The notes under the pieces: model-generated
Told to the model about the DNA's origin: nothing
The model's database searches: none
What the model saw: only the letters and a program-made list of their open reading frames with translations
Shown here: one piece after another, positions 57,001 through 64,000 of the stretch
How the letters are laid out: each line of letters starts with the position of its first letter
Numbering within the stretch: the stretch's first letter is position 1
Origin: a virus
DNA length: 64,000 nucleotides
Strand: one strand, 5' to 3'
UHGV virus genome: UHGV-1374897
Position numbers and translations under genes: made by a program

Positions 57001-60000
57001 CCATTCCAAACTCTTGAACGGAAGATGGCCGGATGGAGAAGCAAGCCATTTAAGGAGATGAACACGAAGAAAAAGACGTTTGCCGTTGCTTCCTATCTGT
57101 ACAGCACGAGCAAGGCCGTAGTGGAAGGAGCCACCGAAGAACTGGCAGACGAATTCCAAGAATGGGCATTTACCGAACTGGTGAAGAACGGAGAAATCTC
57201 TGAATCTTCTATTGCCACTACCGACCAAGTGATTAGCGGTGCCATAAAGATTGCTTTCCTCGGAGGTATCGGCGGCTACGTTGGTAGCCACTTAGCTGGT
57301 GAAGGGAACATACGTTTCCAAACCGAAGCCGCTCCAACTCTCGATGTAAAGGATGCTACTTCCATGCTACCGGATATTACGAAAGATGCGAGCAACATCA
57401 TCGAGGAAACGGGCAAAGCCATTACCAAAAACAATGTGCCGGAAAGCTTGGTAGAAACCGGAAAGAAGGTTATCGAGATTGCCGGGGAGAAGGGGGATGC
57501 CGCGGAAGTTGCCCGCGAATGGGTGGACAAATCCATTGCCCATGAAAGTCTAGTTGTCTCCGACGAAACCCGCAAGGCATGGGTGGATGGCGCAGTCCGT
57601 ATGGGTATCAGCAACTTCACCCAGTTCCGCAACCTAGTTGAACGGGCCTCCGAAATACATACCTATGAGGGCAGTGCCGCGGCAAGCTCCTTCATGGCAG
57701 AAGCCATTAACGACTTGCCCAATACCCTGTCATTCCCAAATAAGGAAAACCTCGACACCATGCGAACCATGTTGTCCGAAGCCCTTGATGCTATGGGAGA
57801 CCGGGTTCAGGTTATCGAAGTAGACGACGACCTGTCCATCATTACTACAGGGGACGAGGACCTTGATGCCGCCATTAACGTTATTAACGGATTGACGGAA
57901 GCCGCGGCTACCACGGAATCCCCGGCTACCACGGAATCCCCGGCTACCACGGAACCCAAGGAATCCCCGGTAGCTATTGCCCGGAAGGAGAGGGACAATG
58001 CTATTGCCCCCATCACTGCTATGGTAGAGACGGGAGTAGTTACCCCCAGTTCCGTGGAAACCGTGGATAACATGGATGCGGCAATCGCCTCGTTCGATAG
58101 TAATACTGGTGCGTGGCTCTCCTATGGTACGCCATTGGAGCGCGGCGCGAAGCTCGTCTCCTTGAACGAGATGACCGGGATTAACGCCCCCATGATTACC
58201 AGCAACACGGGAGAAACCATTGTCATCGCTCCGCACGCAAGCATGTACAACACAGGTGAGGGAGGTACCCCCAGCACCAAGTGGGGAGACAAGGTCTCCG
58301 CTCTCAATCTCCCGACGGATGGGACTGGCGCAAATGCCTATGGCATCCTTTCGGACCTTCAAGCTAATGCCTCCCCCGCACAGGCCGCGGCCATTGATGG
58401 AGTGCTCCGCGCACTGCATGCCGCTGGTTTGGATGTTGCTATCCGAGCCACCAATGCCCCGGCGAACATCTCTTCCCCCGCCAGTATCACCTACATGAAC
58501 GGCACGGACGGGAAGCTTGTCGGCGGTGTCATTGACCTGTACGTGGACCGGGACAATGCGATTGAAAGCGTAACGGGAACGGTACTACACGAAGTCATCC
58601 ACCTCATTGACCGTCATCTTCGTGCCACCAACGCGGACTATTCCCAGCGGATGGATAAGATTAGAAGCGCGATTGCAGAGAACTACAACAATATTGTTGA
58701 TAGTCTCTCCGCTATGTATGATGCTAGCGTGGACATCAATGAGATGAACGCCATCGCCGCGCTCGCTTCTGACCTCAACTATGGTCTCCGCGGCCCGGAC
58801 GAATTTGCCAGTGTCGCGTTCTCCAATCCTGTCATGAACTTCATGATAGCGGAAGCTAGCGGAGACAATATAACCATCACGGATTTGGCTCGCTATGCCG
58901 AAGCGGCTGGAGGCAGGAGGCCCATTCATGTGCGCCTCATCGAATGGCTTAAGGATTTGATTAGGGACGTGCAACAAACTGCGGACGCTATGGACGGAAC
59001 CACCGCCGCAGAACACGTGGCTGAATGGGATTCCTATGTGGCCCGCATCGCGGACATGACCCCCGGCAAGTGGTTCGACATGCCTCGCACTCCGTCATGG
59101 AAGGTAGACGATACGGATTATACTATGGGCAACGGGGTAGATTATTTTAACCCGATGGCCTATGAGACTGACATGACCCGAAGACTGTCCTTCGGTCTGG
59201 CCGCAGAAATCATTGGCACGAATGCCGGGAACTGGGTAACCAGTATTAAGAACGGATGGCTGGGTGCAACCAAGAACTGGGACAAGGCTGGCATCAATGT
59301 TAAGTCCGAGGAACAGAAGCTGGTTGTGCTGGAACAAATGGCCAACGTGAATGCGGCATACGAACGTAGTATTAAACGCATTGACAAAATTGGCGATATG
59401 CTTCAACGCCGTGCGGATAAGCTGGGCTGGGATGCCGCTACGCGAAAGAAATGGAGCAAGTCCATTCTTGACATGTCGGGGAATATGGACAACGATATTG
59501 ACCCTGAAACTGTTGCACGCATTAACGCAGAGGCTCAAGCAGAAGTTCGTCAGCATGAACAGACCCGCGACTTCCGTATCGCGTTGGCTAAGAAGACCGT
59601 CACCGATGCCGTCAATAGGCACGCGGAAGCGGTGCGTCTGGCTAACTCCCTTGCGCTTAATAGTGAAGGGAGATTGGAAATCAACGACATGATGCGCCGG
59701 ATTAAAGACATGAGCGTCAAGGGATATGGTGCCATGCTGGACAAGCAGGTAGCTCTCCCCATGCTTTCCCAGCAGATTCACAAATCGCTCTCCGACCTTG
59801 GCTCTCGTATCTCCGCGACGGGGAATGCCAATCTGGAAACCACCTACTTTGGCCTTGCCCGCGACACACAAAACTATCTCGCGGATATGATTAACGAGGT
59901 GGATAGTCCCTTCTCTATGGATGAACTTCTGGACAGGTGGTCCAACCTTCGCAATGACTTCCTCTATGCGGAGAGTACAAACCATCCCACCATCGTCCCT

Positions 60001-63000
60001 ATGATTCAGGACATCGCTAAGACACGGGCCGAAGCTAAACAAATCATCCGGGAAGCCAAGGATGATTTCTACGCCGCAACAAAGCGAGCGGGCGTAACTC
60101 GCGCTGGCGTAGCTACCCCTGCTGGTTCCGTGTGGCTGAAACGGGACAACGCTATCCTCAATGCACGCCGTCAAAAACAAGCGGAGTATATGGCTAAGCG
60201 GGATGCCGCTGAACAGTGGCTTCTGTCACAGGGGGTTGTAGGTCAACTGGTCCACAATGTCATCGCCAATTCCCGTAAAGAAATTGCCGCAACGCAAATC
60301 TCTATTGCCAAGCTCATTGGAGATAGCCGCATGGCTGACAACGCCGCGGAGATGAATTATCTTCATCGCACCTACATGGCCGTAGGACGCCATGCCGGAG
60401 ACTTCACCCGGACGATGAAGGACATCATCGCAAACCCCAACGGAGAACTGGCGCAGAAATACGACGGTCTGACGAAACTGTTGCAGGAAGCCGCAATCTC
60501 TCATGCCGAAGCGCACCAGAGAGAACTGTCCGAAAACGTAAGCCAAGTGCTGGACAACATGCAGGCATTGGCCGCGCTCCACGACGAGTTGAAACTTCCG
60601 CTGGTGTCAGCTCCCACGGGAGCCTCCGCGAATTATAAACTCCTGTTCGAGGGTGTAGCCAAGAACTACAGGAACAGGGAAATTCTGGACTTCATTCAGA
60701 ACAACTTCGGCCAGGTTCAAATGCTTGCAGATTTGAGGGACGGCCACAACATCAGTGCCATATATAATAAGGCCATGAGCATGATAGCACAGGCAGACTA
60801 TCGCACGAAGTCAAAGATGACAGAGGCGAAGGAAACTCTGGACATGAATGCCAGAGATAGTTTCCTCGCTGATGTCTTCTCCAGCCTTCCGGGAAAAACG
60901 ATTGCGGACAAAATTGGCAGTCTTCAATCCCCGGCATCCGTGGCTTCCGAAGTGAACAAGGCCATCCCCACTATCCCGACTTCGGCCATTGACCAGATAT
61001 GGAACACGCCCGATATGAATGCCGCAGAACGACTGGACAAGACGCTCAATCTTCTTCGCGGTCAGGCTGGCGTTCTCATGAGGATGAACGGCATGGGCAA
61101 CGTCATCTCCGCTACCGACTTGAAAGCGTTGCAATATCCGGAACTCTCCCGCCTCGCAGTGAACGATGCCATGAAGGCCATTGACGAAGTTCTGTCCAAG
61201 AAGAGGACGAATGAAGATGCGCTGGCCCAGCGGAAACGCTTGCCCGAATGGCAGAGGAAAGCTATGTATGAACTTAGCGACCTCACCATTGGGGATGCCA
61301 TTGGGACGTTACAGAATACCCTATCCATGCAGTCGAAGATTGCCGTGAACCAGTTGCTTGCTGACGAGTATGCCTCCGTACTGAAAGCGCAGGGTGTGGT
61401 CGTACCCCCGAATTCCACAAACCGTACCTCGGACATGGTGGAAATCTCCTTGAAGAATACGAAGAATGCGTTGAACGGAATGTACGCCGACAAGGATGTA
61501 GCCGATGCCATCTACCGCATCTACAGACCGAGCGACGACATCCTGAATAACAGGACGGACGACTATAAGGAGGTGCGCAAGTACTGGCAGAAGTCCGGCA
61601 AGGGGCAAGGATGGTGGAATAAGGCGGGTGGCTTGGCTAACCTTTCTGTCTTAATAGCGAGTCCTAATTCCACGTTACGTAACTTATATGGTACAGTAGC
61701 TCAAATGACCCATGCGGGTGCACTCCCATTCACGGGGAGTAAAGACATCGCAAACCTTGTCGGGGACTGGGTCCAGTTGCGTAAGCTATGGTGGCTATCA
61801 CAGGGCAAGGACCTTGCTTCACAGGCTTCCGCGGATAGACTGCTGGCCGCGGAAGACAGGTACAACGAGAAGATTCGCTACTGGCAAGAGCTTGGTCTGC
61901 TGGACGCAGGTCAAGGGGAGTTCCTGCGCAACGTCTGGAAGTCTGACGAGTTCAGTAAGATGGCAGGAGAATTTGAAGAAGTGAATGAGGATTCCTTCTT
62001 CAAACTGGCCGAAGCTCTGAACGAGAAACAGGAACGGACGAAGGGCGAGGTGGCTAAGGATGCCGCCAAGATGGCGGGCAAAGTCGTAGCATGGCCCATC
62101 AAAACGATGTCCTTCGCCTATGGCTTGCCGGACGCGGCGGCCAAGATTGTTCTCTTCACTAACCAGAGAGCGATTGCCGATACCCAATTAAAGGTACAAC
62201 TGGCGCGGGCGAAGGGCAAGGCCAACCCCAATGCGCGGGACCAGATACTCATTGACGCGAGCCAGACTACCCAGAGTTGGGATGCTTATGTGGACAGGTA
62301 TACTGCCCACATGGTGAAGAGCTTGCTCCCCACGGGTTCGCGTACTCCTTCGTGGGTGAAAACCCTGAATATAGTTGCGGCTCCGTTCTTCATGTTCCAG
62401 TACCATACCTTCCAGTCTGTAGCCTACAACCTTGGCCACGCCATAGGTGAAGGGGTAGACGGTGTGTGGGCTATCAATAACGGCATGAAGAAGGAGGGGG
62501 CTTACCTCTTGGGACGCGCTATCCTTCGTACCGCGGGTTCCTTAGTAACTATTTCTGCAACCTCTGCGGTCTCTTCCTGGGTTGCCCGACAGATTATCGC
62601 CAGTGTCTTGGGAGATGACGATGACCGTAAAATCATTGACGACGCGGAAGTCATGAGGAAGCTGGCAGATAGTGGGCTAATTCCTGACTATGATAAGTTC
62701 GGGGACTTGATTGGCATCATAGATATGAAGCGACATGAGTTCGAGTATTTGAACCTTGAATACATGAACCCGTTCAAGACCATCAGGGTGTTAGCCAAAA
62801 CCCTGCCCAGCCTCTTCATGGATATGGATGTGGACAAGTGGGGGATGAACAAGGTTGCCGAACTGAAAAACCTGCTGGAAAATACGGTGCTTGAAGAATC
62901 CCTCCTTCTGAATGCCGCTTCTGAATTGTTTAATGAGGAAGACTTCAATTACAAGCATAGCCTCTCCGGTGATGAAAGCGTCAACGTTCTCCCGGCAGTC

Positions 63001-63726
63001 GGCAACGCAATCCTGTTGGCCGCAGGGCTGAACCCCTCGTTCGGCAGTGGACATACATGGCAAGTCCTTGAACGATTCGCGACGGTTGCCAATAAAAAGA
63101 TTCCCTTCTACGGCTGGGCAGTCAAGTCAGGTAAACAATTGTTTAGCGATACACCTGACATGAGTGCCGCGGCATACGGGTTACAGTCCTTGGGTGCGGG
63201 CCTCCGTCGTCCGAAGGATTTGACCGAAGCCCTTGCCGCCGGGTTAAAGAATGCCAACGCGGCAGTCACTAAGTCGAAGCGAATGAGCGTCCTTCGTCCG
63301 GACTTCTACAAGAGAATGGAATCCGGAGTGGATGTGGAATCTATGGAAGCCGTGGAAACCGCGGATGCCGTGAAGAATTTCACCAAGCTAGTCAATAGTG
63401 TCCGGTTTGTTACGGAAATTACAAACATGCTTGACCCCGCTCTGCGGAAGGAAGTTCTGGCTTCCGCGATTGAGAGTTCCGGTATGAGTGCCAAGACCTA
63501 CGGCGCGGCCATGAAAGGCATCATGCCCTACATCATTAGCCCGCAAGCAGGACGTGAGGCTATCGCGAAGCTCAACCGTGAATTGCAGAAGTCTAATACC
63601 ACGGACGAGGGCAAACGCCTAATCGAAGAGCAGAAGAAACTCATTATCAACCTCATGAGGAAGGGTAGCATTCAGATTGATGGGGCATTGAGTGTGGAGG
63701 AAATTCATAATCGGATGAAACAGTAA
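54070..63726 (+). CDS. giant virion-associated protein (3218 aa) with an HExxH zinc-metallopeptidase signature; ejected polyvalent or internal-core protein candidate
   Basis: Single uninterrupted ORF. Charged coiled-coil N-terminus (KQEDRKQKALDREQRLAEKRQTRAEKAAE); ESPATT x3 repeat (about 57900); VLHEVIHLIDRH with a Glu about 26 residues downstream (about 58585); last gene of the structural operon, with its own promoter and terminator. Confidence 0.7.
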   Translation: MAIDFSTANMSDFTPKSGSSIAREQRAVERHAAWQETQAQKQEDRKQKALDREQRLAEKRQTRAEKAAEATAEFDTFIVKSVDAFAEKQKKDAEHAKNVEWQDKSRAHTEQEWKTAEENKALDILNKGNRGYSFEGIDYMKDYVERGEDALVDLTAAARGDKDAIKKITNNTGIVAVLSSELPPQHSAFLSRSGFGSGEDGNPVVTEKFLAIAADRNRNAKAVAKSIATTMEKARKDYLNKNLDVVSGKPTAQAIETAPIAYTAEEIESVINTIRREDIGNYRAAKALYDKHRSSSTEGVQKKTPSQTSVGELGVGEFSDSAPSFTGNVFAELANLSKSPSKMFRLVRDYGDYLSRSTEDIKSPEAKESDSLSPAAKRAGEMAVAQVKAVDNIVSRMEESYTGLDAVGLRDALLNPEAVASAALALAPGVDMDAVRERANTLATERHAVVTSDYQKAMADAMMEELATRFPGVPKNILLQAGTTKLIQDYTTKATPRGTLMDAVKGALANYRSAAGQVADVLTFQPGNSVGKTTDPMSTMEWRKGTRHGSWEYGVVGGPAFEVGPEQLKEYMAQYHIESTRDALNSLSHAARMGDLGVGRGSLFAYNPHTKEVDTNATLELNPNALYNDKLMDQSIEALRASGADEGLINRTIEKFQNLRKKSAQELVKDNIALDETLGTLRDTWLGSGLQFNPILTESMKHLDKHLSFKNFYNEQKEVGKSDEDILSAWQEKGQDTINSVLRGLQIGTHKAIDLGTGAAYGALLFAQNAVGSRAAMEHTRTLWDQLNKKQEAEAELVRGNILADYTAEIANLGYQMVATAGAGKVGGLAGRALERTALSRFAKATANVVAKRAEALVPAARPGLAGRLSGTIQRNLDNLAALNLERAGAGAGVNLSIISQVAPNAYSDIFYTIYDREMEGKEPTAENTNRAQSIANMRALFGAALVSTGSTLINNRAGMDSFMRKIVGAKNLRGQSPFQTLERKMAGWRSKPFKEMNTKKKTFAVASYLYSTSKAVVEGATEELADEFQEWAFTELVKNGEISESSIATTDQVISGAIKIAFLGGIGGYVGSHLAGEGNIRFQTEAAPTLDVKDATSMLPDITKDASNIIEETGKAITKNNVPESLVETGKKVIEIAGEKGDAAEVAREWVDKSIAHESLVVSDETRKAWVDGAVRMGISNFTQFRNLVERASEIHTYEGSAAASSFMAEAINDLPNTLSFPNKENLDTMRTMLSEALDAMGDRVQVIEVDDDLSIITTGDEDLDAAINVINGLTEAAATTESPATTESPATTEPKESPVAIARKERDNAIAPITAMVETGVVTPSSVETVDNMDAAIASFDSNTGAWLSYGTPLERGAKLVSLNEMTGINAPMITSNTGETIVIAPHASMYNTGEGGTPSTKWGDKVSALNLPTDGTGANAYGILSDLQANASPAQAAAIDGVLRALHAAGLDVAIRATNAPANISSPASITYMNGTDGKLVGGVIDLYVDRDNAIESVTGTVLHEVIHLIDRHLRATNADYSQRMDKIRSAIAENYNNIVDSLSAMYDASVDINEMNAIAALASDLNYGLRGPDEFASVAFSNPVMNFMIAEASGDNITITDLARYAEAAGGRRPIHVRLIEWLKDLIRDVQQTADAMDGTTAAEHVAEWDSYVARIADMTPGKWFDMPRTPSWKVDDTDYTMGNGVDYFNPMAYETDMTRRLSFGLAAEIIGTNAGNWVTSIKNGWLGATKNWDKAGINVKSEEQKLVVLEQMANVNAAYERSIKRIDKIGDMLQRRADKLGWDAATRKKWSKSILDMSGNMDNDIDPETVARINAEAQAEVRQHEQTRDFRIALAKKTVTDAVNRHAEAVRLANSLALNSEGRLEINDMMRRIKDMSVKGYGAMLDKQVALPMLSQQIHKSLSDLGSRISATGNANLETTYFGLARDTQNYLADMINEVDSPFSMDELLDRWSNLRNDFLYAESTNHPTIVPMIQDIAKTRAEAKQIIREAKDDFYAATKRAGVTRAGVATPAGSVWLKRDNAILNARRQKQAEYMAKRDAAEQWLLSQGVVGQLVHNVIANSRKEIAATQISIAKLIGDSRMADNAAEMNYLHRTYMAVGRHAGDFTRTMKDIIANPNGELAQKYDGLTKLLQEAAISHAEAHQRELSENVSQVLDNMQALAALHDELKLPLVSAPTGASANYKLLFEGVAKNYRNREILDFIQNNFGQVQMLADLRDGHNISAIYNKAMSMIAQADYRTKSKMTEAKETLDMNARDSFLADVFSSLPGKTIADKIGSLQSPASVASEVNKAIPTIPTSAIDQIWNTPDMNAAERLDKTLNLLRGQAGVLMRMNGMGNVISATDLKALQYPELSRLAVNDAMKAIDEVLSKKRTNEDALAQRKRLPEWQRKAMYELSDLTIGDAIGTLQNTLSMQSKIAVNQLLADEYASVLKAQGVVVPPNSTNRTSDMVEISLKNTKNALNGMYADKDVADAIYRIYRPSDDILNNRTDDYKEVRKYWQKSGKGQGWWNKAGGLANLSVLIASPNSTLRNLYGTVAQMTHAGALPFTGSKDIANLVGDWVQLRKLWWLSQGKDLASQASADRLLAAEDRYNEKIRYWQELGLLDAGQGEFLRNVWKSDEFSKMAGEFEEVNEDSFFKLAEALNEKQERTKGEVAKDAAKMAGKVVAWPIKTMSFAYGLPDAAAKIVLFTNQRAIADTQLKVQLARAKGKANPNARDQILIDASQTTQSWDAYVDRYTAHMVKSLLPTGSRTPSWVKTLNIVAAPFFMFQYHTFQSVAYNLGHAIGEGVDGVWAINNGMKKEGAYLLGRAILRTAGSLVTISATSAVSSWVARQIIASVLGDDDDRKIIDDAEVMRKLADSGLIPDYDKFGDLIGIIDMKRHEFEYLNLEYMNPFKTIRVLAKTLPSLFMDMDVDKWGMNKVAELKNLLENTVLEESLLLNAASELFNEEDFNYKHSLSGDESVNVLPAVGNAILLAAGLNPSFGSGHTWQVLERFATVANKKIPFYGWAVKSGKQLFSDTPDMSAAAYGLQSLGAGLRRPKDLTEALAAGLKNANAAVTKSKRMSVLRPDFYKRMESGVDVESMEAVETADAVKNFTKLVNSVRFVTEITNMLDPALRKEVLASAIESSGMSAKTYGAAMKGIMPYIISPQAGREAIAKLNRELQKSNTTDEGKRLIEEQKKLIINLMRKGSIQIDGALSVEEIHNRMKQ

Positions 63727-63743
63727 CCCCTCCGTTTATATCC

Positions 63744-63790
63744 TTGACCTTCGGGGGCATGGGAGATATAATTCTCCCATGCCCTCTTTT
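63744..63790 (+). promoter_or_regulatory. Composite element: terminator hairpin GGGCATGGGAGA-tataat-TCTCCCATGCCC + TCTTTT, whose loop is the -10 (TATAAT) of the promoter TTGACC-N17-TATAAT
   Basis: Perfect 12-bp IR with a T-tract; consensus -35 17 bp upstream of the loop. Confidence 0.55.
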
Positions 63791-63811
63791 CGTATAGTAC
63801 CCAATCATATT

Positions 63812-64000
63812 ATGGCCACCCCTCCGGGAGGCTGGAAGTTTGTTGTCCCCGAATCCATGAGTGTCAGGCTCAAGGGAACCAAGGTTTCCGCGGGTTCACT
63901 GGAACAACTCCGCAAATCAGTCGCCCGTCTCTTCATGAATAACGGAGAACCCTTTCAGGTTGCGCTCTTTGAATCAGAGCTTTGCGCTTCTCTCCCTCCC
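63812..64000 (+). CDS. hypothetical protein, 5' part (runs off the window)
   Basis: ATG downstream of the promoter; ORF open to the window end. Confidence 0.35.
   Translation, partial: MATPPGGWKFVVPESMSVRLKGTKVSAGSLEQLRKSVARLFMNNGEPFQVALFESELCASLPP

Noticed and set aside
54070-63726. Giant ORF as an N4-type virion RNA polymerase
   Set aside because: No DxDGD, T/DxxGR or T7-like motif A/B/C (HD) arrangement was found by eye. Every operon, including the early ones, has a good sigma70-type promoter, so a virion RNAP is not required. It is kept only as an alternative to test

Overview
This window reads as most of a double-stranded DNA phage or prophage genome (podovirus-like head module order). 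(1) 1-7505 is an 'early' block of about 16 small genes of unknown function, all on the minus strand. They are separated by a recurring roughly 80-bp cassette: an A/T-rich upstream element, a sigma70-like -35/-10, a GC-rich stem-loop at the predicted 5' end of the transcript, and an A-rich leader with no Shine-Dalgarno before the ATG. The block also holds paralog pairs, one gene broken at a G7 tract, and a single rightward acidic gene (7768-8151). (2) 8152-10718 is a 2.5-kb stretch with no convincing genes. It is packed with iteron-like repeats, a 35-bp direct repeat, microsatellites, a 14-bp palindrome, inverted repeats and an AT-rich tract, so it is a candidate origin or control region. (3) 10719-26795 is a replication, recombination and packaging module on the plus strand: an AEP-primase/SF3-helicase fusion, a family-A DNA polymerase with 3'-5' exonuclease motifs, an SF2 helicase, a Cas4/RecB-like nuclease with a Cys cluster, a RuvC-like resolvase, a MazG-like protein and the large terminase. 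(4) 26801-36558 is the head and tail module: portal candidate, an acidic repeat-containing scaffold candidate, major capsid candidate, then tail and fibre candidates. Rho-independent terminators sit after the capsid gene and after the fibre block. (5) 36697-53967 is an accessory and late region. It contains zinc-ribbon and multi-CxxC proteins, two HTH regulators, a tandem array of seven overlapping paralogous genes of about 80 codons each (45049-46706), a further small paralog family, a lysis cassette (endolysin candidate with peptidoglycan-binding repeats plus membrane proteins) and large structural proteins. (6) 54070-63726 is a single 3218-codon ORF with a charged coiled-coil N-terminus, ESPATT repeats and an HExxH zinc-peptidase signature, a candidate ejected 'polyvalent' virion protein. 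The plus-strand operons are driven by about twelve canonical TTGAC(A/C/G)-N16/17-TAnnnT promoters, several apparently leaderless and several with the -10 inside a hairpin. No rRNA, CRISPR array, integrase or transposase was seen; no tRNA could be called confidently by eye. All functional calls come from motif recognition in the translated ORFs, because no database search was possible.
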